64,000 nucleotides of DNA from Clostridia bacterium. Its GTDB lineage: Bacteria; Bacillota; Clostridia; Christensenellales; Aristaeellaceae. Location: contig JAFRPG010000100.1 of assembly GCA_017429265.1 (NCBI GenBank), positions 14,645 through 78,644 of the forward strand, written 5' to 3'. The position numbers were made by a program, and so were the translations under genes. The notes beneath the pieces were generated by a model that worked only from the letters and a program-made list of their open reading frames with translations, did no database searches and was not told the origin of the DNA. Below are positions 19,049-28,704 of this stretch, piece by piece (position 1 is the first letter of the stretch; every line of letters begins with the position of its first letter).

Positions 19049-20062
19049 TCAGGCCGCCTCCTTGTGGAGCTTCCTGAACTTGTCGGACTTGCCGTCAAGC
19101 ATATTGAAGGATTCCTCGGTCGGCACGTCGTCGATGCCGCTCTGGATGTAGTTGCGCAGCACGCCCACCAGGACGAAGGGCCGCACAAACACGGAGTGGA
19201 GGAGCGACCAGAGGATGACGGCAGCCAGAACGGCCGCGGCGATCAGCATCACCTTGGGGTCGCTCAGGGTCTGGAAGATCTGTGGGTTCTTGGTGGACTC
19301 GTTCAGGGCGATCTGGTGCATCTCGTTCGCCAGCGCTTCGAAGACGGTCGGCGGCAGAGCGGAGAAGATGGCGAAGAACATGCCGAAGAAGGCGCCGCCG
19401 ATCACCAGGAAGGAGAGGATGCCCAGACCGAAGACCCGGCCGAGGTTCTTCGCCAGGGTCTTGCCGTGGCGGAAGAAGAGCACGGCGCCCTCACAGGTGG
19501 CCTTCGTGGTCTTTTCGCTCTCGCGGTAGAAGACCCAGCCGAGGCAGCAGTCGCACAGGTAGGCCACGACGACCTGGATCGCGGAGCTGATCGCGCTGCC
19601 GACGCTGCGGCCGGTATCGCCGCCCACGGCGCCGCCGAGCGAGGTCAGGCCGCGGCCCAGCTGGCTGAAGATGCCGCGGATGATGCGGGTCGCGATGAAG
19701 AAACCCGCAACGGTGCCGAAGCGCTTCCGCACGATCGCCTTGCCCTCGGCCAGCGTGTTGTCGGGCAGCCGGCCCTCGGTGATGCCCTTGGTCATCATCG
19801 CGATCTGGCCCGCCTTGTACGTATAGGAGACATAACGGGTCACGAAGTAGACAGCGATCAGGCCGATCACGAGCCCGACCAGCAGACCGATCAGGCCCTT
19901 GTCCGTGGTCTTGTCCATCAGCACATAGCCGCCGATGCACAGGCCGCTCAGAAGCACGATCGCCAGGAAGTCAAAGAGCAGGCGATGCAGGGAGAAGGTC
20001 AGTGTCTTTCTGTAGATTTCCTTGTTTGTCATCATTGCTGTCACATCTCCGATTTTTTTCAT
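19049..20062 (-). CDS. polytopic membrane protein, function unknown
   Basis: Multiple hydrophobic helices. Start set to MKKIGDV (ATG 20062); MMTNKEIY is an alternative start. Confidence 0.6.
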   Translation of the reverse strand: MKKIGDVTAMMTNKEIYRKTLTFSLHRLLFDFLAIVLLSGLCIGGYVLMDKTTDKGLIGLLVGLVIGLIAVYFVTRYVSYTYKAGQIAMMTKGITEGRLPDNTLAEGKAIVRKRFGTVAGFFIATRIIRGIFSQLGRGLTSLGGAVGGDTGRSVGSAISSAIQVVVAYLCDCCLGWVFYRESEKTTKATCEGAVLFFRHGKTLAKNLGRVFGLGILSFLVIGGAFFGMFFAIFSALPPTVFEALANEMHQIALNESTKNPQIFQTLSDPKVMLIAAAVLAAVILWSLLHSVFVRPFVLVGVLRNYIQSGIDDVPTEESFNMLDGKSDKFRKLHKEAA

Positions 20063-20174
20063 TCCGGGCCTTCCGTGATCGTGAAGACCCGCTTCACATC
20101 TTTTGATACGCAGGCGGAGGTCGCAGTGGCAGCGATTTCCAAAAAACTGTTTCGTTCGGGAATGCACCGGGCGC

Positions 20175-21530
20175 TCACTGCGCGAAGAGCAGCGTCAGCA
20201 GGCTCGGAGGAGCCACGCGCACGAGGGTCGCCGCGAGGTCCGCGAGGCCCTCCCGCAGGGCGGCCTGCAGCGCGTCGGCGTCATCCGCCGTCACGGTCTT
20301 CGCGTCCTCCGGCCAGGCGTCGTCGGGCGCGGGATCGTCCGTCTGCGCCGCGGTGACCGTCAGCAGGGGCATGTCGCTGCCGGCCAGGCTCGCCGCGGAG
20401 GTCATGGAGAACACGCCGCCGCGCACGGCGATGTCCGTCTTCTCCTTCAGCGCCGGCATGCCGCCGATCTTCAGGCCGATCTCGGATGACAGCGCAAAGC
20501 TGCCGTTCTCTCCGAGCTCCATCGTCACCTTTTCGATGTCAAGGTGCATCAGGATGTTCGCCGGATCCGTGCAGGCGGCGGCAAAGCCGAGGCGCTCCGG
20601 ATCGGTCAGCACGCGGACCGCCGCACCGGACAGGATGGCGTTCGGGTAAGCCTCGGTCAGTTCTCCGCCCGTGATGTCCACGAAGTAGACACTGTCCGCC
20701 CAACCGAAGCCCAGCACGCAGCGGCTGATGTTCTCCGCGTCATATCCGATCGAGAGGGTCGCGATCTGATCGTCGCCCTGCAGCACGGTCACGGTCCGGC
20801 CGACCTGTCTGCCGCTGCCGTCGAAGATCTCCCGCAGGATATAGCGGTTCGCGTTCCGGGTCGACATGGCGGTCAGCTCTTCGCGCAGCGTGCGGATCCA
20901 GGCGGCGGTCTCTTCCGTCAGACCGGCTTCCGCCGACGCAAAGATCTTCTCCAGCAGCGAGACCGCATTCAGGCAGAAGACGCCGACATCCCTGTCATCG
21001 AACGAGCGGGTGACGCAGGACGTTCCGCCCGTGAAGGCGTCGCCCGCGAAAGCGCCGTAGGTTTCTTTGGCGGCGAGGCTCTGCAGCCATTCATCCGCCA
21101 ACTTCTGCATATCCCCCATGGCCGCCAGCAGCGTGAGCAGATCCACGTCCGTCCATGCCGCGGAGGCGACCGTATCGGGTTCCGAAAGCCTGACCAGGAT
21201 GCCGGGCAGCAGGGTGGTGCTCAGCAGCAGGCCTCCGTCCGTGTAGCGCGCATCCGCGTCGATCAGCGCGGTGCCGCTCAGGCCGAAGACGGCCCGGAAG
21301 CCGTTCTGTCCGGAATACAGGTCCGCTGCCGCCGCGCCGAAGAAGTCGGTCAGCACGCGTGCCATCTGGTCCGCGGTCTCATCCGCGTAACCCATCCCGC
21401 GCAGATACAGGCCCATCTGCTCCGAGTCCGCTTCCGCGGTGATCCGGATGTGGACGGTTCCCTCCGCCGCGGCCGTTCCGAATGTCATCAGCAGCGCAAG
21501 GCAGAGCAGGCATGAAAGCAGCCTTTTCAT
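20175..21530 (-). CDS. secreted protein, function unknown
   Basis: Signal peptide MKRLLSCLLCLALLMTFGTAAA. No motif recognised. Confidence 0.6.
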   Translation of the reverse strand: MKRLLSCLLCLALLMTFGTAAAEGTVHIRITAEADSEQMGLYLRGMGYADETADQMARVLTDFFGAAAADLYSGQNGFRAVFGLSGTALIDADARYTDGGLLLSTTLLPGILVRLSEPDTVASAAWTDVDLLTLLAAMGDMQKLADEWLQSLAAKETYGAFAGDAFTGGTSCVTRSFDDRDVGVFCLNAVSLLEKIFASAEAGLTEETAAWIRTLREELTAMSTRNANRYILREIFDGSGRQVGRTVTVLQGDDQIATLSIGYDAENISRCVLGFGWADSVYFVDITGGELTEAYPNAILSGAAVRVLTDPERLGFAAACTDPANILMHLDIEKVTMELGENGSFALSSEIGLKIGGMPALKEKTDIAVRGGVFSMTSAASLAGSDMPLLTVTAAQTDDPAPDDAWPEDAKTVTADDADALQAALREGLADLAATLVRVAPPSLLTLLFAQ

Positions 21531-21546
21531 CGTTTTGTTTCCTCCC

Positions 21547-23199
21547 TCAGTCCAGGGTGACTTCTTCCTCTACATAGGGGATGATCCCGACATCTTCGCT
21601 CTCCGCTGTTTCCTCCGTCTGCGGCTCCGCACCGGCGGCATCGCGGGCCGGATCCCGGGTGTCCTCCGGCGCGGCCTCCTCCGTCTCCGGCGCTTCCGCG
21701 GCAGGGATCTCCGCCTCCTCCGTGATCTCAGCAGCTTCCTCCGTCGCGGCGGGCGTTTCCGGCATCAGGAGCTTCATCAGATCCGCGAGGAAGGAGGCCG
21801 TCAGCCGCTGCCGTTCTTCCGGCGTGAGAGCAGCGACATCGACCGCGCCGTCGACATTGCTCATCGGGCGGATCTCCCACTTTAAGATGGTGCCCACCTT
21901 GCCGGTCAGGCCGATCTGCGCGCCGCCGTAAGTGCAGCGGGCATCGATCTCCGCCGTGGTCGTACTGACGTCGCTCGCCTTGGAATAGAGGTGGATGCTG
22001 ACCTCCCCGTCGATCGGGGTGAAGGGCAGACCGCTGTCCGCGGCGGCCGAGGCCGTGAATCGCCACAGATGGCGCTCATGTTTGTATCCGCCCTCCTCGG
22101 CCTTCTGTACGGTTTCGCTGAGGCGGAAGGCCACGCTGCGTGTGGGCTGTCCGTCCGCAGTCTCCGTCCATGTGCCCTCGCGGACATCGCCACGGGTGAT
22201 CAGGGTCAGGCTCTGTGACGCGCCTTCGCGGCTGAGCGTGAAGCGCTGCTGCTGTCCCTCGGTCACGACGGACAGGTTCGTCCAGCCCGCTTCGTTCTGC
22301 GGCGCGGGCAGTTCCAGCGATTCCCTCAGGATCCCGCCGCGGGCGGAGAGCACGCGCTCGATGCGGATCCCCTCCCCGAGGGGCAGGGTGTCGATCACGC
22401 GGTCCTCATAGGCCAGGCCGGTCTCGCTGAACGCCGTCTCCAGCTGGTTCGGGCTCAGATAGAAGCGGATCTGATAATACAGGCCCTGGTCCTTCAGTGC
22501 GGTCCGAAGGAGCGTTTTCATCTCGTCCCGTACGGCTTTCGCGGGGATCACGTAGCGCACGGTGAGCGCGCTGACCCCGTTCTCAACGGTCTGCACCGGC
22601 TTCTGGGCAAAGCCCATCAGCCAGTTCTCGATCTCCTGGCGGAGCGGTGCATCGACGGAATCCCAGTCGAACCCGTGCTGAAGAGCGGTCAGCAGCGGCT
22701 CGGCAAAGCTCGGATTCCCTGTCTCGGTCCCGGTCAGGCTGGAGAAGAAGTCCCCCTTCCAGGGCCAGCGCAGGAGCTTGCTGTCCGGCAGACTGCTGCG
22801 GTAATATAGGTCTTTGCCGTCAGCCACGAAGCGGGTCTGGAGAAGGGTCTCGTCGTTCCGCAGAAGATTCGCGGTCAGATCAGCCGTGGTGCCGTCGACG
22901 CACATCCTGAACGCGGTCAGATCATCCGTGGTGCCGTCGACGCACATCCTGAAATCAAGCTTGAGACCGGACAGCGGCGCGAGCGCTTCCGCCGTCTCCC
23001 CCTCGCCCCCGACCGTCAGCAGGAACAGGCCCCGCAGACTGACGTTTTGGCGGAACTGGATGGTGAATTTGTCCACCAGGCCGTCGTAGTGTTGAACGGG
23101 CTTCGCCTCGCCCGGCACGTCCGCCGTCTCCGCGGCGGCTCCGGCGGCAAAGGCCAGGAGCGTCAGCGTGAGCAGCACGGCAGCCAGTCTCTTGAGCAT
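21547..23199 (-). CDS. secreted protein, function unknown, acidic C-terminus
   Basis: Start MLKRLAAVLLTLTLLAFAAGAAA, 6 nt after GGGGGAG. Contains the 42-bp tandem duplication. Confidence 0.6.
   Translation of the reverse strand: MLKRLAAVLLTLTLLAFAAGAAAETADVPGEAKPVQHYDGLVDKFTIQFRQNVSLRGLFLLTVGGEGETAEALAPLSGLKLDFRMCVDGTTDDLTAFRMCVDGTTADLTANLLRNDETLLQTRFVADGKDLYYRSSLPDSKLLRWPWKGDFFSSLTGTETGNPSFAEPLLTALQHGFDWDSVDAPLRQEIENWLMGFAQKPVQTVENGVSALTVRYVIPAKAVRDEMKTLLRTALKDQGLYYQIRFYLSPNQLETAFSETGLAYEDRVIDTLPLGEGIRIERVLSARGGILRESLELPAPQNEAGWTNLSVVTEGQQQRFTLSREGASQSLTLITRGDVREGTWTETADGQPTRSVAFRLSETVQKAEEGGYKHERHLWRFTASAAADSGLPFTPIDGEVSIHLYSKASDVSTTTAEIDARCTYGGAQIGLTGKVGTILKWEIRPMSNVDGAVDVAALTPEERQRLTASFLADLMKLLMPETPAATEEAAEITEEAEIPAAEAPETEEAAPEDTRDPARDAAGAEPQTEETAESEDVGIIPYVEEEVTLD
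22871..22954. repeat. 42-bp tandem duplication inside the CDS (2 copies, 2 mismatches)
   Basis: GCGGTCAGATCA[G/T]CCGTGGTGCCGTCGACGCACATCCTGAA[C/A] twice. Encodes FRMCVDGTTDDLTA / FRMCVDGTTADLTA. Confidence 0.9.
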
Positions 23200-23227
23200 A
23201 TGTCTCTCCCCCTCACAGATGATTCTG

Positions 23228-24592
23228 TCATTCATCGGCCAGATCCAGAACAGTCTGCCAGACCCGATCGTCCAGCCCCTCCCGCAGGAAGGCCGTGTCA
23301 GCCGGGTCCGGCAGCAGGATCAGGGCCGCGAGCACGCGTGTGCCGAAGACCTGCCCGGCCGTATCGAGGATCGCTTCCCGGGTGAGGCCCAGTCGCTCCG
23401 GATCCGTCTGCGTTTCCGGCAGCGCAGGCAGCAGATCGGCGGCGTTCAGACGAATGCGCGCGAGGCCGGACCAGATCTGTCCCGACGCGGCATCCGCGAG
23501 CCGCCATCCGATCGCCTGCGCGTCTTCCGCCGCGGGCTGCAGGGTCAGCGTCCGGCGGGCCGTCGCCTTCTTTCCCCTGACAAGCGCATCCTTCAGCGTC
23601 ACCGTGCCGCTCCAGCCGGATTCATCCGCCGTCACGTCCTTCATGGCAACGGTGAGTCTGTACGCCTGCCCGTCCGGCATGACGCCGTCGAAGGTGCAGT
23701 CCTTCAGCTCGATGCTCACGCGTCCGCCCTGCTTCTTCGCGCGGCGGTCGAAGGTGAACTTCATGTTCCCCGACTTGCCGGGATTCGAGCAGGTCAGCAC
23801 GTCCCGGACGTTCGCGTCCTCGCGGATCCGCTTCCATTCGAGCTGGTATTTCCGCGCGGTGCCGTCCCGCGTCAGGACGGTCCCCGTCCAGGCCGCCTTG
23901 ACCGCAAAGCCGTCGTCGCGGCAGAGCATGTAGAGCTCCTGCTCCCCGCTGAAGGTCAGCCCGCCGAGGAAGTCGGCCAGGAAGCTGTCCGGGCATGCAT
24001 CCCTCAGCAGTCTGCCGAAGGCGGCGCCGTCCGTCGCAGGGAGCGTCAGGCGCCGGGTCGTCTTGCCGAAGTTGTCCCGGATCGTCTGCCTGTCCTTCTT
24101 TTCGATGATCCCCTCCGTCCGCAGCAGCCGCTCCAGCAGGAGATCGGCGTCCGCGAGATACAGATCCGGGAGCATCATCAGGTCCCAGGAGGTCGCCTCA
24201 GAGAGAAAACCGTTCGCCGGTTCATCCCCCGTGTCGCGGATCAGGCTGTCGAAGCCCGGCAGGCCGAGGAGCCGTTCCCCGTCCCCCGGTTCCGTGACGG
24301 ACATCGCGGCGCAGGGCGACTGATCGACGGCGGCCTCGATCCCGTAGGTCCGACCGTTTCCGTCCGTGGGTGCTGTATACAGGTTCAGCCGGAGATGGCC
24401 GATCAGCGCGTTGAAGTCCGCCAGACGCCCGTCGTCGAGGGGCGGCAGGATCTCCGCCTGCGCCGTGATCTCCGCGAGCACGGCACCGTCATGCAGGGCA
24501 CCCGTCTCCGCCGGGAAAGCCCACGGCGTCTCCGCGCTGACCGTCGCGGTCAGGAGACAGCAGGCGATCACCAGCAGCGCGCATCTTCTCAT
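23228..24592 (-). CDS. secreted protein, function unknown
   Basis: Signal peptide MRRCALLVIACCLLTATVSA. No motif recognised. Confidence 0.6.
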   Translation of the reverse strand: MRRCALLVIACCLLTATVSAETPWAFPAETGALHDGAVLAEITAQAEILPPLDDGRLADFNALIGHLRLNLYTAPTDGNGRTYGIEAAVDQSPCAAMSVTEPGDGERLLGLPGFDSLIRDTGDEPANGFLSEATSWDLMMLPDLYLADADLLLERLLRTEGIIEKKDRQTIRDNFGKTTRRLTLPATDGAAFGRLLRDACPDSFLADFLGGLTFSGEQELYMLCRDDGFAVKAAWTGTVLTRDGTARKYQLEWKRIREDANVRDVLTCSNPGKSGNMKFTFDRRAKKQGGRVSIELKDCTFDGVMPDGQAYRLTVAMKDVTADESGWSGTVTLKDALVRGKKATARRTLTLQPAAEDAQAIGWRLADAASGQIWSGLARIRLNAADLLPALPETQTDPERLGLTREAILDTAGQVFGTRVLAALILLPDPADTAFLREGLDDRVWQTVLDLADE

Positions 24593-25542
24593 GCTTCTTC
24601 CTCCGTCCGCAGCGCCCCGATCAGGGCGTCCCGGACCTCCTCCGGGTTCTCCATGCGGTTGATGCGGTCGCGCAGCTGCGCCGCGCCGCGGAGGCCGCGC
24701 AGGTACCAGCCGATGTGCTTGCGCATCTCGGACACGGCCACGCGCCGCGGCTTCCAGGCCAGCATCATGTCATACTGGCGCAGGGCCAGGCTGATCTTCT
24801 CCTCCGGCGTGGGTTCGTTCACGGGCTCTCCGGCGAATGCCGCCCGGATCTGCGCGAACAGCCAGGGGTTGCCCAGTGCGCCGCGGCCGATCATCAGCCC
24901 GTCCACGCCGCTGAGCGACGCCTTTTCGACGGCGTCCCGCGCCGTGAAGATATCGCCGTTGCCGATGACCGGGATGCGGACGGCCCGCTTGACCTCCGCG
25001 ATCGCCTCCCAGTCCGCCTCGCCCGCGTACATCTGCATGCGCGTCCGTCCGTGGACGGCGATCCGGGCCACCCCGCAGTCCTCCGCCAGACGCGCTGCTT
25101 CCGCGGCGTTGCGGTGCGCGTCGTCCCAGCCGAGACGGATCTTGACCGTGACCGGGACAGCCGAGGCCGCCACCGCGGCGCGCAGGATCTTCTCCGCCAA
25201 CGGGAGGTTCCGCATCAGGCCGGAGCCCTCGCCGCTCGAGGCGATCTTGTGCGCCGGACAGCCCATGTTGAGGTCGAGGCTGTCAAAGCGCCCCGTCGCG
25301 GTCAGCGCTTCGGCCGCCCGTGCGATGAAATCGGGCTCCTTGCCGAAGAGCTGCAGGGCCAGGGTCGGCTCCTTTTCGCCGCGGATCAGCAGATCCTGAA
25401 TGGACCGGCTTTTCGGCGAATAGCAGTAGCCCAGGGCGCTGACCATCTCCGTGCAGGCACTGTCGCAGCCCTGCTCATAGCAGAGCGTGCGGAAGGGCCA
25501 GTCGGTGATCCCCGCCATGGGCGCGAGATAGAGTTTCATCAT
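24589..25542 (-). CDS. dusB: tRNA-dihydrouridine synthase
   Basis: MMKLYLAPMAGITDWPFR... and a Dus TIM barrel throughout. Start trimmed to the MMKLY methionines. Confidence 0.85.
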   Translation of the reverse strand: MMKLYLAPMAGITDWPFRTLCYEQGCDSACTEMVSALGYCYSPKSRSIQDLLIRGEKEPTLALQLFGKEPDFIARAAEALTATGRFDSLDLNMGCPAHKIASSGEGSGLMRNLPLAEKILRAAVAASAVPVTVKIRLGWDDAHRNAAEAARLAEDCGVARIAVHGRTRMQMYAGEADWEAIAEVKRAVRIPVIGNGDIFTARDAVEKASLSGVDGLMIGRGALGNPWLFAQIRAAFAGEPVNEPTPEEKISLALRQYDMMLAWKPRRVAVSEMRKHIGWYLRGLRGAAQLRDRINRMENPEEVRDALIGALRTEEEA

Positions 25543-27176
25543 GCTTTCGCGTTCCCCGCGAAGACCGCCATACCGGCGTCGGGAGACGCAAAGGGAACCA
25601 GTGTCCTGCGCACGCTTTCCCCGCAGTGCTTCGGGAGCACCGGCACGTCCGCGGGCTGACCGTCGGCGGCGCGCCATCCCTCCACGGGGATCAGTTCCGC
25701 CTCGACGCCGCCTTCCTCCTTCCGCCCGGCTCCGGCCAGGCAGAAGGCCCAGGGCTCACCCGCCTGCACCGGCAGAGCCATCAGCACCGGGCCGTCATAG
25801 ACCGCGAGGCTCTGGTGATAGCCGCTCTCCACCCGCAGCGCGCGCGTGAAGGAGACGGTCAGGCGGTCGCCGTCGCGCCAGGTCTGCTCCAGCGTGCAGC
25901 TGCCGTCGCGGACCGTTCCGCATTCCGCCCCGTTCAGGGTGATGTGGACTTGCTCCATCCAGGCCGGCACGCGGACCGTCAGGCGCATCTTCGCCGGATG
26001 GTCGGGATGGATCCCGACCGTGAGCGCATCGTGCGCGCAGGTGATCCGCAGGCGTACCCGCTCCCCGTTCACGAGAAGGCCGTAAACGCCGGGCAGGGCC
26101 GCGCGCACTGTACAGCCGTCGGTCTCCGCCGCGACAGCCGCCTGGGCCGCCGCCGCAAAGCCGCGCAGCAGCCGTCCCGTGACAGTAGGCGCAGCAGCCT
26201 TCTCCCCGTCCGGGATCCGGTTGACCGCACACGCGCCCCGGCCGGTCACGGCAGGCAGCGCGTTAACCAGGATCCGCTCCAGCGCATCCGCGGCCCAGGA
26301 CTCACCGTCCGCCGCGTAGGGCGCCAGGGCTTCCATCCAGGCGCCGGCCGCGTCGGGGCCGATCAGGGCCGCCGGGGACTTGCCTGCCAGACGGTCGACA
26401 CCCGTCACGCCGCCGCAGGCCACTCCGTGCCAGCGGCTGATCCGGCTCCAGGCACGCTCTCCTGCCTCAGCTTCGGTCCGGTTGCCGCTGTAGCGGCTGA
26501 AGCAGTGCACGGCGCGGAACCCGTCCGCCAGCACAGCCGGATCGCTCAGCTCAGCCATCCGCTCCCAGTACGCGCGCTGGGCGGAATCGGCCTGCGCCAG
26601 GCCTTCCTCCATCTGCCTCCGGTTGACCGGCCGGTCCAGCGAGAAGCTGCCGAGCCTCGACGCCCAGTCCTCCGCGTCGCGGCGGAGACGTGCCAGCAGG
26701 CGCAGCGCGCCCTGGGTCCCGAGCTGCCGGTAATTGAGCAGGAGGAGTTCCGCCAGGTCCGCCGGACGGCGGAGGATCGCAGCCTCCGACTGAAGGAGTT
26801 CATAGTGCCCGCCCAGCCAGTTCAGCCAGCGGTTCACGGCGGAAAAAAGCCCGCGGTCCCCGCTTTCCATGGCCTGAAACCACGCGGCGCGGCACACGGC
26901 AAGGGATTCCGTCATGGACAGCGGGAAAGATCCGTCCTCGGCCTGGGTGCCGATCTGCGCCTGCAGCGCGGCGGACACCGCGGCCTGCGCCTGTGCGTCG
27001 GCTCCGCACGCCGACAGCCGTACCGCACCTTCGAGGCAGTCCGGAGTCAGGTGTTCCGGCACGGACGACAGGATTTGTTCAAAAAGCTCACCGGTGAGCA
27101 GGACCTGCCCCGGGTTGAGCGGAAGGGCTTCGGACTGAACCAGGGGCGCGCGTTGGAAAATGATGGGCTGTGGCAT
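25539..27176 (-). CDS. hypothetical protein (possibly DUF1680/GH127-like, weak)
   Basis: 545-aa ORF with host-like codon usage. Only vague resemblance to the N-terminal region of the beta-L-arabinofuranosidase family. Confidence 0.5.
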   Translation of the reverse strand: MPQPIIFQRAPLVQSEALPLNPGQVLLTGELFEQILSSVPEHLTPDCLEGAVRLSACGADAQAQAAVSAALQAQIGTQAEDGSFPLSMTESLAVCRAAWFQAMESGDRGLFSAVNRWLNWLGGHYELLQSEAAILRRPADLAELLLLNYRQLGTQGALRLLARLRRDAEDWASRLGSFSLDRPVNRRQMEEGLAQADSAQRAYWERMAELSDPAVLADGFRAVHCFSRYSGNRTEAEAGERAWSRISRWHGVACGGVTGVDRLAGKSPAALIGPDAAGAWMEALAPYAADGESWAADALERILVNALPAVTGRGACAVNRIPDGEKAAAPTVTGRLLRGFAAAAQAAVAAETDGCTVRAALPGVYGLLVNGERVRLRITCAHDALTVGIHPDHPAKMRLTVRVPAWMEQVHITLNGAECGTVRDGSCTLEQTWRDGDRLTVSFTRALRVESGYHQSLAVYDGPVLMALPVQAGEPWAFCLAGAGRKEEGGVEAELIPVEGWRAADGQPADVPVLPKHCGESVRRTLVPFASPDAGMAVFAGNAKA

Positions 27177-27371
27177 CGGATCGGCCTCCGTCGCGCAGCG
27201 CGGGCGCTGCAGAATGCTTCATTCCGCGCCTGTCAGCGGCGGAAAGGGCTTGTGCGTAGTATAACAGCTTTCCTATCAAAATGCAATATTCGCGGTGCCT
27301 TCCGGACAGGGCGGAACCGCGGACCCGCCGTCCCTCCGGCGCTGCCTCCGCCCGCCGCCCGGCGGCAAAGC

Positions 27372-27407
27372 AAAACCCCTCGCGAACGCACATCCGCAAG
27401 GGGTTTT
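27372..27407 (-). terminator. native tRNA-Trp terminator, now stranded behind the orphan 3' tRNA fragment
   Basis: AAAACCCCT...AGGGGTTTT hairpin plus T-run on the minus strand, immediately after the 24-bp repeat. Confidence 0.6.
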
Positions 27408-27410
27408 ACA

Positions 27411-27434
27411 CAAGCAGGGGCTGAAGGATTCGAA
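27411..27434. repeat. att repeat (orphan 3' end of tRNA-Trp)
   Basis: CAAGCAGGGGCTGAAGGATTCGAA, identical to 34149-34172. The sequence beyond it cannot complete a T-arm or acceptor stem. Confidence 0.9.
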
Positions 27435-27523
27435 TTCTCCGGATGCCATTTTGCCTCGTTTTGTATCATCTCGCAGCCGTTGAGTTTAGCCACTTCGCAA
27501 ACCAAGAGTCTATGTAAGTATGA

Positions 27524-27567
27524 GAGGGTATTAGAATATCAAGGGTATTTGTAAGGGTACAAGGGTC
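27524..27567 (+). promoter_or_regulatory. cluster of AAGGGTA direct repeats (candidate integrase arm-type sites, left end)
   Basis: GAGGGTA 27524, AAGGGTA 27541, AAGGGTA 27553, AAGGGTC 27561. The same motif occurs twice at the right end (34069, 34081). Confidence 0.45.
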
Positions 27568-27897
27568 AGACAACATTTGTCTTCTTTTTACTCCTAGAAA
27601 TCACCTCTAGCACTACCATTATTCCGCATCTTCCTGTGGTTCATTTGTGCCTCCACTGTGCTTCCTTCATTTCAATGCTAACTTGTGTATAAACACATCC
27701 AGCTTATGATATCTATGCCCCAGAAGGCTGAGTATTCGTCTCTGCTTTCCGCCTATGTCTGGTCTCTTCATTTTTAGCTGTTTTCGGACCTCATGTAGTC
27801 GCTGGATCAAATCCTTATGTTAATGGTCTGACGGTCAATTCTCCCTGTCCTCTGCTTTCCCTGCAGTTTGCTCTCCCTTCCTTGTGCTTTCCCGCTT

Positions 27898-28200
27898 TCA
27901 ACCGTACATTATATATTGACGGACAAGGTACGCACTTTCTTCGTCCAGCTCATAGCTCCAGATATCGAGGTATTCATCCCGGCTTTCCTTGTTCTTCCAA
28001 TTCTGCAACATGAGTCCAGCAGCGTCAATCACTAGATAGCCGCTCTCAATTTCCCAAAGGTCGCGCCCATACTTCTGCCGCCATTCTACGTTATCCGCGA
28101 TCATTTCAGTATCAGGCTTATCAATACATTGCACCATGTGGGTGTCGTAGCGGTAGCGGAAAGTCCGCTTTCCACGTTTATAAGGCTTGCTGTATTTCAT
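27898..28200 (-). CDS. hypothetical protein (island cargo, 100 aa)
   Basis: MKYSKPYKRGKRTF... with AAAGGGGA RBS. No motif recognised. Confidence 0.6.
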   Translation of the reverse strand: MKYSKPYKRGKRTFRYRYDTHMVQCIDKPDTEMIADNVEWRQKYGRDLWEIESGYLVIDAAGLMLQNWKNKESRDEYLDIWSYELDEESAYLVRQYIMYG

Positions 28201-28429
28201 GGCTTAGTTTCCCCTTTCTTCTGCTTTCCGGATTAGTTGATGAGGCCGTTCTTCAAAGATCAACAAGAGCTGGTTTTGTCTCGTCTGTTAGATTCAGAAA
28301 TCTCAACGTGTAGAGAAACTTTGATGGTAGCTTTTTGTCATAGTGATTCCTCCTGTCGATTTTGCTGATCAGTTCACAAGAAACAAGGACTATACACTTT
28401 ATCACCACCCTTTTATGCTTGCATGTCGG

Positions 28430-28704
28430 TCATGTAAAGCAGAAACGGCAGACAGTAGAGGTCTTGGCAAACCGGACGAAGGTGTCAGGCTCGGTGGCTT
28501 TCAGAACTTTTGTGTCCAGGCGTGAAGAGGTTACGACTTTCCTGCTTGCTTTCCAACCGCTGCCAGTTATCTCTTCCGTTCCGGCATCGATCATTGCGGA
28601 TTTGAAGCTGTCGCGGATGGCCTCGGCCTGGCGGTCAGTTCGTCAATCTCGTTTTGGATTTCCCGCAGCTCATCGGCTTTGCTGTCGAGTTCGTGAATGG
28701 TCAT
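28430..28704 (-). pseudogene. Gp157-like/phage small protein interrupted by a 1-nt deletion
   Basis: MTIHELDSKADELREIQNEIDELTA then a frame change at GCCAGG (about 28627-28634). The next frame reads AEAIRDSFKSAMIDAGTEEITGSGWKA...VTSSRLDTKVLK...RFCFT*. One extra C restores a ~91-aa ORF. Confidence 0.6.

Noticed and set aside
27411-27500. A second complete tRNA or tRNA-like gene at the left end of the island.
   Set aside because: Only the last 24 nt match tRNA-Trp. The adjacent sequence cannot form the T-stem (GAGAA vs CCTTC) or a 5' acceptor strand. It is the displaced att fragment.
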